A stretch of 64,000 bases of DNA from Eledone cirrhosa (GCA_964016885.1 OZ024758.1:14074001-14138000); one strand, 5' to 3'. Numbered from the stretch's first letter, positions 10,034 through 20,829 are shown. Numbers and translations: made by a program. The notes: a model not told the origin generated them from the letters alone.

Positions 10034-13000
10034 CCGTTTAACATCTATTTTTCTACGATACCATGGGTTAGACGAGTTGTCCCGTTGTGGGCAATGCCAG
10101 GTCAGGTGACCATGTCTTGCTCATGCAGAACTGATTTGGGCTTGGTTTCTACAGCTGGATGCCCTTCCTGATTCCAATATCATTTACACTGTGGACTGGG
10201 TGCTTTTTGTTGTGTAGGAAAGAGGAAAAGGGAAAAGCAGTGGTCCTTTGCTCCTGTATTTGCTACCATTCACTAAATGCACAAAGGTGATCACCAATCG
10301 ATGCAGCTGCAGTCTAAAGCTTGGCATAGAGTACATAATTATCTGCAAACATCTGTTCGGATGGATCATAGTTTAGTGGGAGCATCTCTTTGATTCTTAA
10401 ATTGTTCGCATTTCTTTCTGCTGCCTCTATCAAGTCTTGGCTGCGGCATCTGTCAAGATAAGTTCCAGAGAGTAATTAGGATGAGAGAAAGAAGAGGGAC
10501 AGTTATTATTCCCTTTTGATGTCTGTGACATATGATACTCCTGTGGGGAAGGATCTTCAAAATCGTTTGTCCAGCATTGAAGATGCTAGGTGCTTTTTGT
10601 CATGACATCTACACAACCACTTTACAGTGTAGGCTGGAAGTTTGACTAGATGTATCCCTCAGCCTATCCCCATGGGAGATGTACAGGAGGGTGGGGCAGT
10701 GCATAGTGTATATGCTACATATAGTATTTTGAAGGCGCGTGCCTGAGTGGTTGGAGAATTGGATTCGCAATCATGAGGTTGATTTTGATTCCCAGACTGG
10801 GTGATGCATTATGTCCTTGGGCAGGACACTTTATCTCACATGGCTTCTACCTAGAGATTATTAACAATTGGAAAGACCAATGCAAACATTGTTTCCTTGG
10901 TCCGATTTGACAAAAGTCGATTGACTGTCGATACTATTTCGAACAATGAAAATAAAACAAGTTAGATGTAGGTTGTTAAAAGTAACTTCATAAACTTAAT
11001 CTCTCAAAGCATTAACTTGAATCTACCACTACAACGGTGCATTGAGTTCTATCAACATTATCTGCCCCTCCTTAAATAGGTGAATACCAATTATATATAT
11101 ATATATACACACACACATATATATAAGATGGAAACATGAATAGACTCATCATCATCATCGTTTAACGTCCATTTTCCACGCTAGCATGGGTTAGACTTTA
11201 TTTTTATCTAAAGACATTTTTTCCAATTCAAACCCGCCCGTCCCTTCAATGTATCTAACTTCTCATTCTTTCTTCTGGTGAAGGACCAGAGTCCGAAACG
11301 TTAAGACCCTCTTCCTGCTATTTCAAGCGTTAACCTAATATATTCCTTCCATATACTATACAGATATAGTACTTCATTATACATGAATCCAATAAATTTA
11401 ACATATAACGGAATTCCCAAAATGGAATATTCTCTCGTCCATAATTTGATCACTAAGTATTTTTTGTACAGAGTATGTTAAAAATGTTAACACCACCATT
11501 ACCATATTCTCTTGTACTACGCCCCTATCCACTGCGTGAACAATTTATGCTACACGTAATCAATTAGTAAAACTTTATTATAGTCATACATATAGACACA
11601 TAATTTACAACACAATCTGTTCGGTTGGGTTTGTAGTAGAGCGTGAAGCAGTGGAAACTTCCGGCCTATTTGGCTCCCACCCGCAGGTGCGAGTCCCGCG
11701 AGGTAGAATGGCTATTCCATTGCGTCCCTCGCCGTCCTCCGGGACCCAGAGGCGGAGTGTAAATTAGTTGGAGGTGAAGGATACTCGTTTGTACGTCACT
11801 TTATCTTTAAAATTAATAGCTATGATTTGTTAAAGATGTTATTAGGTTTACGAATTGACTGCCACGGACATAAAACAGATTTTATAAACAACGAACATAT
11901 ACATACATGTGTTTGTACATAGAAAATGAGAAAGCTACGAGGTAATTTTACACTCATAAAATAAGATTTAACCTATATATAAAAAACTTCTGTACTAAGT
12001 TACGTTTTCGTTTCGCCCTTTATTTTAATGACTGGAATAAACATATATAAAAATATATTATTTTTCTCAAATCGTTACCTTTTTAAATACTATATAGTGT
12101 TTGAACGTAAATGTTTTTAGTTAAATGCAGGTATAGAGAATTCATATTTTTATTTATATACTAGTATAAATACCCCCCCCCCCCCAACCGGTTTTTCTGC
12201 TAGTGTGTGTGTGTGTGTGTTTCGTAATATATACAAATGTCTGAGAAAGGAAAAGCACATTGACATTTTCAATACGACGTTTATTCTCAACAAAATGTTG
12301 AGTCACACTATCGCTACCAACAACCTAATTAAATTTTTCGAGTGATCAGAGAACGAATTGCAACAAACATTTTTTTTTAAACACTTCCGTCACCATTTAT
12401 TTACTTATAATAAATATTATATATGATATTTGCCGCAGTCAGGAAGCCATGCGGTCACGCCTAGACACTTAATATAGTTCTAGGAAGAGGCTATGTAGCC
12501 GGTAAGTGTCAGACATCATGAGTTGCGGCCAGAGTTAAGACAATACGTACGTTACACTTTAGTTACATACACACACATCTACACGTAAATACATAAAGAT
12601 AGAGACAACGAAGGAAGGGGCTGGTGAAACACTATAGCGATGTGTTGCGTCCCTTTAGGGTTTACCGGCTACATAGCCTATTCGATATTTATACTGAAAT
12701 TTAGCCGTCATAAATGGATAACAAGTATTTATACAACTACGACTATGGTGTCTTAGTTTCGTATCCAAACTTCTAAATACTTTTTTAAAATTAAAACAAA
12801 TTATTACTTTTAATCAGATAATTAAATAACTTTAACAACGTAAATTACAAAATATACTATACGAATCCTTTCAATCAATTATTTATGTTACATGAATGTC
12901 TTATGCAGGAAATTAGTCTCATTGTTCCGCCAATACACTTGCAGACATGTAGCAAATTATAAAATGTCTCGATCGAAGTTAAATAATTAATAAACTAAAT

Positions 13001-13107
13001 TTAAATATAGGAAGTAACTAAAGTACTAACAATAATTCACTCTTTATGTCGCCGTAGTGATTTTTTTTTTGTATACGTAGTCGTAATTTCCAATACACAC
13101 ACTATAT

Positions 13108-13141
<34 letters not shown>

Positions 13142-14524
13142 GTGTGTATCTCGAGTTCAATCGGCGCTAAGCACAGTAAGGTACTCAATACATAGAGATA
13201 GATTTTGAAACCATTTCTATATATATATAAATATATAAATATTAGTTAAATGGCGTTCTTTCGTTTTAAGTTGACAATTGAATAAAATTAAAAATCAACG
13301 GTACCTGAGTGGTTTGTAAATGTAAATTCCGAATGATTTATAAGTAATAGTAAAGAAAAAATCGTCACATGTATGAAGAAAGAGGAGATATTGCCACATG
13401 CATGGACATCACCTGAATTTTGTATATGTAAATGCAAAAATATTTACTAGCAAAAGAACGTTAAAAATTAAATTGATGATCAAAAAATAATGTAATTGAA
13501 TTAAATTAAAAAATAATGTAATTGAATTAAATTAAATGATCGAATAACTATATATTAGACATAAATATAATATGTAATGTTCATATATTTGGATTATTTA
13601 GTATGCTGAAGAAAGAAAATCGTTTGGTCTCATCGAATAGAAATTTTTGTATATTCATAATTTCCATTATATATATATATATATATATAATTATACTATA
13701 TTTTTTCCTCGTTTCTTCCATTCGTGTATATATATATATAGATCGACTTATTACTCACGAGTTCGAAGTTCGGGAGTGGCATACAAGTCCTTTTTTAGGC
13801 AACTATATTCATTACATGTACTGAATGTGACATGAAACAAAAGCAACTCAACGTTCATTTTGTCGTATAATTGAAATGTAAAATAATTTTTATAGCAATT
13901 AGGTTGTTTTATATTAAATATAATCAAAGCTTTAATCTTTTAACACGTTTAATTTCGTTCCTTTACTGTACCATTTAGTTAATATAAAAGCAAGCACTAC
14001 ACATATCACGGATATCGTAATATCTGATCAGATGGTTGAAGTCCGTGCTGTATCCAGCTGACTAGGAATCCATTATTTCCAAGCAAATCAAGGACAAATA
14101 TATATATGTCGGCTGCTTCAAGATGTATTTAGAAAAGATGGATGGCTAAAGCACATGTTTTTCAACCATCTTTCCCAGATGTTTCCATATTTTTCTTTTC
14201 GTGATACGAGGTCTTACTTAGTTTCTAATTATAAAATAGTTGATACGATAAAATAATAAAATAACCGTGATAATTTTTTTTAAATGTTAATAATAAAAGA
14301 AATTTTCAAATTAAAAAGAGATAAAAAGACATACCTTTCCTTCCACTTCGTAAGCTACATCACTTATATTTTTCATAATATACACGTCGCTGAATAATTC
14401 ATCGCCTGAAAATTGATAAAAATCGAAAAAATAATTAATAGTTATCGGTATTAGAAATTTATAGATAATATATATTTTAAAAAAAGTTATATTTACCGGT
14501 TATAAAATCCTTGTAGATGATCAT
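3151..14524 (-). CDS. TPT1: Translationally controlled tumour protein (TCTP), spliced gene, 168 aa
   Basis: Exons 14497-14524, 14335-14405, 7022-7203, 5427-5542, 3950-4056 and 3151-3153 join in phase (GT-AG, 507 nt). Product MIIYKDFITGDELFSD...GGANPSAEE...FFVGES...DYREDGSTPFFTFFIDGLEEVKC* carries the TCTP signature motifs. Confidence 0.96.
3455..3598 (-). ncRNA. Candidate H/ACA-like RNA in TCTP intron 5
   Basis: Lower stem AUUGAAUU/AAUUUAGU, internal loop, upper stem UGGAG/CUCCA, ACA 15 nt below the upper stem; a second hairpin follows. Confidence 0.35.
3620..3895. mobile_element. hAT-like MITE
   Basis: Imperfect terminal inverted repeats CAGAAGTTCTCAAA ... TTTGAGAACCTG. Confidence 0.5.
3950..4056 (-). 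CDS. TPT1: TCTP coding exon 5
   Basis: GESGDMSGG...DYREDG...DGLEEVKC followed by GTAAGT donor. Confidence 0.93.
4080..4657 (-). mobile_element. piggyBac-type non-autonomous element with residual acidic transposase N-terminus
   Basis: TTAA|CCCTTTAGCATTC ... GAACACTGAAGGG|TTAA; internal ORF 4411-4139 starts MAYESSDTDFEGF. Confidence 0.65.
4715..4850 (-). ncRNA. Candidate H/ACA snoRNA in TCTP intron 4
   Basis: Hairpin, AGAUAA H box (4787-4792), hairpin, ACA+3 nt; about 135 nt and sense to the host gene. Folded by eye only. Confidence 0.5.
5427..5542 (-). CDS. TPT1: TCTP coding exon 4
   Basis: TTCAG acceptor, IADTL...DLRFFV, GTGAGT donor. Confidence 0.93.
6120..6500 (+). mobile_element. Degenerate RTE-type LINE RT fragment
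   Basis: PWKLLYTDDPVLI, a decayed PWELLYADDLVL-like motif, near 6155-6195. Confidence 0.5.
7022..7203 (-). CDS. TPT1: TCTP coding exon 3
   Basis: TTTCAG acceptor, HIIEG...GGANPSAEE...QYIK, GTGAGT donor. Confidence 0.94.
8200..9750 (-). mobile_element. Degenerate RTE-type LINE interrupted by a SINE
   Basis: LLLYADD near 8755-8775 on the minus strand; frameshifted RT-like segments. Boundaries approximate. Confidence 0.5.
9479..10584. repeat. Long inverted duplication (~0.5-kb arms) centred on (TA)n
   Basis: 9479-9968 is the reverse complement of 10035-10584, with a few indels. Confidence 0.9.
11271..11306 (+). ncRNA. Minimal type I hammerhead-like motif (Penelope type), degenerate core
   Basis: TCTT CTGGTGA A GGAC-CAGA-GTCC GAAA CG TT AAGA; stems I and II are intact, but the core reads CUGGUGA instead of CUGANGA. 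Confidence 0.5.
14335..14405 (-). CDS. TPT1: TCTP coding exon 2
   Basis: TTCAG acceptor, GDELFSDVY...YEVEGK, GTATGT donor. Confidence 0.93.
14497..14524 (-). CDS. TPT1: TCTP coding exon 1
   Basis: ATG at 14524, MIIYKDFIT+G, donor GTAAAT; 28-nt first coding exon. Confidence 0.93.
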
Positions 14525-14592
14525 AATTGCAGATGTCAACTGATTGCTGGGAGAAACGAAAGATAGAACCTCTCAGAACAGAGATTTTCACC

Positions 14593-14603
14593 AGAAAGGA
14601 AGA
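14593..14603 (-). promoter_or_regulatory. TCT initiator / 5' TOP start of TCTP
   Basis: TCTTCCTTTCT about 75 nt upstream of the ATG fits YYC(+1)TTTYY; TCTP is a known TOP mRNA in vertebrates. Confidence 0.65.
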
Positions 14604-15067
14604 TTATAGCAACTATTGAGTCTGCGTAGTGCCCATTCTTATTCAAAGTCAAACACTTATTCAGAGTGCAACATACACAGCTTATTCTCTCACTGGTTAC
14701 GTTCGATTAATTAATAATTTATACATATAATACATTAATTCTTTATGTATATGTATATGCGAAAAATGTAATAATTTTTCTCTGTAAATTCGCATTGATT
14801 TGTCTATTGTGATACATATTTTCATCTCTTACGGGTTTAGTTATTAATTCACATATATAAACTTTACTAAAAAAAAATCACATTTAAAGAAAACAAAGGG
14901 AAATATAAAATGAAAAAAAGGGTAAGATGATATTTAATCATACGTCACAAGGGCAATTGGAGCTTCCTTGAAATTTATTTTTCGCAACATTATCGCGGAT
15001 GATAGCGTAAATATTTCGGAGATGTACTCAGTGACGTGGGATCGTATGCTAAAATTGTCGATGTATA

Positions 15068-15340
15068 GGCGCGTGGCTTAGTGAGAGTGTGAGTTCAATT
15101 CCCGGGCTGGGCAACGCGTTGTGTCCTTGAGCAAGACACTTACTTTCATGTTGACCCAGGTTATTCGACTGTAGAAATGTGTTGTGACATCACTGGTGCC
15201 AAGCTGGACAACATTGGTAGCGTGGATAGGAGAGACTGATATGAATGGAAGAATGCTGATCTTCCACAAATAACCTTGTTCGGGCTTGTGCCCCGGAGGG
15301 GAACTTTCTAGGTGCAAATCCCATGGGTATTCGAGACCAT
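15068..15340 (+). mobile_element. tRNA-derived SINE family B (representative)
   Basis: A-box GTGGCTTAGTG, B-box GAGTTCAATTCC, body GTGTCCTTGAGCAAGACACTT. Related copies near 5100, 10733, 26200, 29480, 31010 and 36860. Confidence 0.75.
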
Positions 15341-16249
15341 ATCTATATCAGGCTTGTCCACTTTCACGATTTATGAAGGAATTTCTCGCATTTTACCGAA
15401 AGATTCCAGCATTTTAGGTTTCCCACATATACGATATTTTATTGTTTATTGATTAAGGCGACTTATCCCGATGTCTGTTAAAAAGGTTTGCTGTTGTTGG
15501 TTTAAACCAGGGCTCTCAAACTCTAGATTTAAAAAAGCTATTAAGTCCTTAGGGAGAGGCATAGCGGCCAAAAGTGAGATAATAGGAGGGCGTGGTTGCC
15601 ACCAATTAAAATGCTAATCTGCAATACAGCTGGAAGGCTGCTATTTATTTATCATTATCAAAATGAATACTCTCGGGTTCCCAAAAATGGGGGGGGGGGG
15701 TGTAAGCGGAGAAGTTGGGGATGAAAATAGGTAATTTTTCTAGGTTTTCCCCGTTGATTTAAAAAAAAAAACAGAATTAGTCGTTTAGTTTACATTCTAT
15801 TTATTTTATAATGTATGGAATTTCTAGTAACGTTTTTTTTTTTGTCATGTATAATGTATTTTAATGTCTAAAGAAAATTAATTGTCGCAAAAATACAATC
15901 ACTTAAAATAAAAATTTCGCTGGAGATAGACTAACAAAATTTCATCGGGCGGGTGGGTTGGAAAAAATCTGAAAAATTAATAAGTGGGCGGCGGAGGGGA
16001 GGGGGTATTCAAGATCCAAGAATACGCATATGATAGTGAGATATGTTAATTAGTACAAAGTGATGGGTGGGAGAAGGGAACAAATTTTCCTTATTCCGTT
16101 TACACTTTTAGTAAATTCCTTTTTTCCGTTTTCACTTTTGATAAATTCTTCCATTTCATTATATTTCATGAATGGATTGCAATAAATTGTATTAAAAATA
16201 TGCTACAACAGGAAAAACAAAATCAAAATTCAAAGTTAGGGCAGATATC

Positions 16250-16342
16250 TTCAACAATTTAAAGGTAAAGCAGATATCTTCAACAAGTTAAAGGTAAAGC
16301 AGATATCTTCAATAATTTAAAGGTAAAGCAGATATCTTCAAC
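16250..16342. repeat. 29-bp tandem repeat, ~3 copies
   Basis: Unit GCAGATATCTTCAACAATTTAAAGGTAAA. Confidence 0.85.
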
Positions 16343-16389
16343 AAAAATATTTAAAACTTTTAAAATCCAAATCGTGAAATAAATTACGT

Positions 16390-17310
16390 GTAAAAATATA
16401 GTCGGGGTTTGCTCAACAAAGTTCCGTGGCTCTGGTCCTGTAGATTTGGATGGAGGATGGAAATTCCACTATGCAGGTATGGCGCCAGAAATGACTACAC
16501 AGGCCGGTGTGTGGATACTCACAAGCCCCCGGCTATCAGAATGTGTTATGGACTGGATGTCATTAGGAAGAAGGGTTTGCCTCTCGAAACTTAGGCATCA
16601 AACAAGAAGTCCGAATACAGATCATTCCTTTATAAAGTCACTGCAGCGTTAGATGTAGTCAAAACTGAGAAATATATCACAACGGGAGACTTCAGGGCAC
16701 ATGTTGGCACTGACCACCTGATATAGAAATGAGTGATTGGAAGGAATGGCGACCCCAATCTAAATACGAATGGAGAGGCCTTAGATTTCTGTTCTAGCAA
16801 TGGACTCACTATTATGAACACAGAGACATCCATAAATATACATGGTATAAGGAGTATCGGGGACAGAAATCAATAATTGATTTTGTTATTGTCTCTGATC
16901 TCTTCGATTCTGTACTGGATGTTCGTGTTAAGAGAAGGGCTGAGCTGTCAACTGATAACCATCTAGTTATCTGCAGCTTGAGATTACCTTAAGCCCACAA
17001 AACTGACCAGGTTGACCTACAGGATAAAGTGGGAGTGTGGTAGATAAGGAAGTAAGGAAAAGGTATGTAGATATATTACATCCAAATTCACAGAACTCTC
17101 TGAGCAAACTAAGGACATTGAAATGGAGTAGAGATATTTCAGCTCAGCACGTTCTGCTTCAGCTGTTAAACGCTGCAGGCGAAAGAGAATTGGTTTGGCG
17201 CCGGATGGCCAAAGATGCCATACGAGCAGAGAAAGATGGCCTACAAAGCTTCGGCAGAGGCGATACCATAGTCAATGAGGGTTATCCAAGGTGTGCTTAT
17301 TCCTAGGTGA
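16390..17310 (+). mobile_element. Degenerate RTE-like LINE, AP-endonuclease region
   Basis: GDFRAHVG, SIIDFVIVS and LSTDNHLV motifs with stops. Confidence 0.7.
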
Positions 17311-17904
17311 AAACTATAATTCCTTCTTGCACTTCTGGTACAAGCAGGCACCTTATTCGAGAGCAGGGGCAGATAACTCATGTTAGTACCTGATCACCAC
17401 TCTTTCATGTTACAAATAAGAAAAATAAAAACAAAACAACATAAATTCGTCCTCTCTGCGCACTAAGAATGCCAATTCTGTAATGGTAAGTTTTTATCGT
17501 GACAGGCTGATGTATTTTTAGATTGACTCAGTTTTAAAACAGAAAGACACTTGCACCGATTTCAGTAGGAAATAATTTCGTTTTTTCGTTTTTTTTCTTT
17601 TTTTTCGTGTGCTATCAATTAAACTTACCTCCTAATATGATCTTAAGGACATCTTTCCTTAGAATAAGAGAGAAAGAAGGGGGGGGGGGCCATCAGAATC
17701 CCCTCCTCCTCAGTTTTCTGTACCATAATCTTACCTCCGAACATGATGCAAAGCACTTTTTGACCTCCGAAGACGAAGGGGAAAGGGAGAGGGACCCTCG
17801 AAGTTTTCACCCTCCACCATATTGGTAGCTAAAAGTGGGACCAGAGATATGTTTTTAGACAGGCATTCATCTGATCAGTTTAAGTTCCTTAAGTAATCCA
17901 AGCA

Positions 17905-19381
17905 GAGAACATCACCAACAAGAACTGTTGTCGTTCCTTGCAGCCATAACACTTCTTCCATTGGCGTTGCAGGGCTTGGATCCCATTGGTGAAGAAGTTT
18001 TCATCCTGTTGGTAAAAAAAAAGTCATCAACTGCATCATCATCATTACCTTGATACTGGTTCCCAGCAAAGTGTTTTGTCGGGTTGGGGAACAGATGATA
18101 GTTAGTTGGAGTCAAATCAGGAGGTTATAGAGAGGTTGATCAACCAGTTCAAAGCCACAATTATGCGCAGCAACGATTAAAACCAAGGCCTTATGTGCTG
18201 GAGTATTGTCCTGATGAAACAAGAACCTTTTCGTCAGTTTTCCTGGGTGTTTGGTCTTATAATAATAATAATGAAATTATTGTGTAAAGTGCTCAGGTGC
18301 ACTACAACTCGTCAAAGGTGTATGTATAGTACATAGAATAATACACAAATGTCAGGGAAGTACATGTGTGTATGTGTTAGCTGTAGTGTTGGCGGATCTC
18401 GGGAAGCATGGAGGCCTTAAAGGATGCAGTGTCTCGACAGCTAACAACTGATGCAGGTAGTTTGTTCCATGCTTCAGCAACTCTGAGCGTGAAAAAATGT
18501 TTCCGAAAGTCATGGGAACCGTGCTGTTTTCTTACTTTGTGGGCATGTCTACCTGTGTTCGAGTTGGCAAAGTACTCTCAATTGATGGTGTGCCCTTTTT
18601 GAAGATAGTCAATTAAAAACAATGCCTTCTGCAGCCAAAAGAAAAAAATGAGGCCATCACCTTCTCTGCAGATGAAATGACCTTGGCCTTCTTTGGAGCA
18701 GGTAAAGAAGAGGGTTTCCACTGCATGGATTGTCTCTTTATCTCTGACTTTAACTGCTAAACCCAGCACTCATCCTGGGTTAGGAAGCGTGCAAAGAAAC
18801 CAGCTGGATCTGCCTCAAACAATGTCAGATCTTCCTGTGATGTGATCAGGTGTCAGAAGACGTGGCACCCACCGAGTAGAAACCTTCGTCATGCCAAGTT
18901 CATTGAACAGAATATTCTGAATTCACTCATTGGTTATTTGATTTATAGTCAATTGCCTGTCATCCATCACGATGTGGTGAATACGATCAATGTTTTCCTT
19001 GGTGTTGGTAGTTGCAGGACATCCAGACATTGGGTCATCTTCAAGACTCTCCCTGCCTCTCCTAAATTCAGCTACCCACTTTTGCACTGTTGACAAAGCT
19101 AGACCGTCACCCCCTAATGTACCAACCATGTCAGCTTGGGGGTTAAACCCTTTTTTCTGCAGGTACTTGATAACACTACGATGCCAAATTTTGTCCATTT
19201 TCAAGAGAAGTCGGTACTAGTTACTTTTGAAGTCTTCTTTGAACAGTTAGATGTCAATTTACCTGATAAGAAACAATGCAGTTATTAATAAGAGTTGGAA
19301 TTAAGGCCTGTAAGATTTCACAGCTCTAGCGTTATACTCTTTTATAGTAAGCCTATGGACTGTTCAGTCCATCCCCCGTAT
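17905..19381 (-). mobile_element. Degenerate mariner transposon interrupted by a CR1 3' fragment (~18260-18575)
   Basis: HTH region STVQKWVAEFRRGRESLEDDP, IDYLQKGHTIN and DLTPTNYHLFPN motifs; TA-flanked terminus at ~19380. Confidence 0.85.
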
Positions 19382-19402
19382 CTATGTATGTATGTATGTA
19401 TG

Positions 19403-19434
<32 letters not shown>

Positions 19435-20700
19435 GATTCAACGGCCATCCAAAAATGTATAAATATGTATATACACATGTGCATATGTATGTATATGTGT
19501 GTGCATGTGTATGTATATGCGCGGCGACATAGAAATAGTCAGGCTGGATACCCGATCGCGCGGTTAAACCACTGGGAGTGAAGGACCCCTAGCCTTTGTC
19601 AGGGCAGTCTTCTAGGAGAAGGCAACTAAGGAAATTGGGATAACTCTGACATAAAACCTGCGGCTCAGTAGTTACTGATGATGTTGATCTCTTCTTCTTT
19701 TCGGGTTATAGCTACTGTCGCTCAGAGAGTGGGATTGGCTCAGTGTAGTCTTTCCTCACTTTAAAAAAAAAATCTTCACGCACAGGCATTGCACGATAGA
19801 ATGAATTAATAATTATTAATAATGGTATATCGTGCAATGGCCACACTCGATAACGAGGGGGCAGCCATTATGTATGTATGTGTGTGTGTGTGTGCACGCG
19901 CGCGCATGTGTGTTCGTCAATCCGTGAAGAGATTGTCAAACACCCATACACATAAATATATGTAACATTAACAACAAATGGTAGTCTTTTATTCATAGCT
20001 GTGTAAAAATATAATAATTGTTTCTACTTTCTGGCACAAGGCCAGCAATTATACCAGTAGTGTATTACTGGTACTTTATTTCAACGACCCTGTAAGGATG
20101 AAAAGCAAACTTAACCTCGGCGGGATTTGAACATATATGTATATATCATTTGTGTTTGTGTTTGTGTATATATCATTTGTGTTTGTGGTTTCGTTCTGTA
20201 AGCATTATATGGCAATCCCGCCGAGGTTAACTTTGCCTTTCATCCTTACGGGGTCGATAAAATAAAGTACCAGTAATGTACTGGGTAATTTTCTGGCCTT
20301 GTGCCAATAGTAGAAACAATTATATGGCAGTATCAGTAGAGGGTCGGACGCCATGCTTTGACGCAAAGAGTTACGTCCCTTTTCGGTCTGAGTTCAAATC
20401 CCGCCGAGGTTAACTTTGCCTTTCATCCTTACGGGGTCGATACAATAAAGTACCAGTAATGCACTGGGTTTGAGCCAATAGTAGAAACAATTATATTAAA
20501 CTATTTTTATAGATACAGGACATACATATATTGTGCACGATCTATTTACCAAAAACAAACTTTTCCAGTGGCTAGAGACGAAATATCACCAATGTGTATG
20601 ATTTACGAAAGAAAGAAACTTATTAGTTTCTTCTTTTTCCTTAATCAAGCAATGAAAAAGATATTGTTAAAGAAATTATTGTGTTGTGTTTCTACGTGAT

Positions 20701-20829
20701 GTTGCTAAGCGTTACTAAGAAACGTCACTTGTTAGAAAATGGCGCTCAAAAGTTGGTCAGACACGATATATTACTTAAAAGATGTATTATACGGTTTGAT
20801 ATTGTTCCGCTATCAACCACAGAAGCAAA
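20701..20829 (+). promoter_or_regulatory. Putative CCDC157 promoter and non-coding first exon (RFX X-box-like and YY1-like motifs)
   Basis: GTTGCTAAGC and GTTACTAAGAAAC (20701-20723), AAAATGGCG (20736-20744), consensus donor GTAAGT at 20830. Confidence 0.5.

Noticed and set aside
11638-11650. GAGCGTGAAGC matching U3 snoRNA box B
   Set aside because: No box A/A', C or D elements around it.
11680-11750. HDV-like ribozyme reading (ACCUCG loop, GGUCCCG/CGGGACU helix)
   Set aside because: No room for the P3 3' strand and no GG for P1.1; the topology does not fit.
11610-11805. Definite call as RNase P/MRP RNA, vault RNA, U2 snRNA or tRNA
   Set aside because: Only partial motif resemblances; CR-I/CR-V, a Pol III terminator, an Sm site and an acceptor stem are missing.
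11610-12690. Definite telomerase RNA annotation
   Set aside because: An 8-nt template match arises easily by chance; no convincing triple-helix pseudoknot, P6.1 or H box. Kept only as a hypothesis.
20325-20420. tRNA genes at GTTCAAATCC motifs
   Set aside because: They are heads of multicopy SINEs, followed by a shared body and (AAT)n tail.
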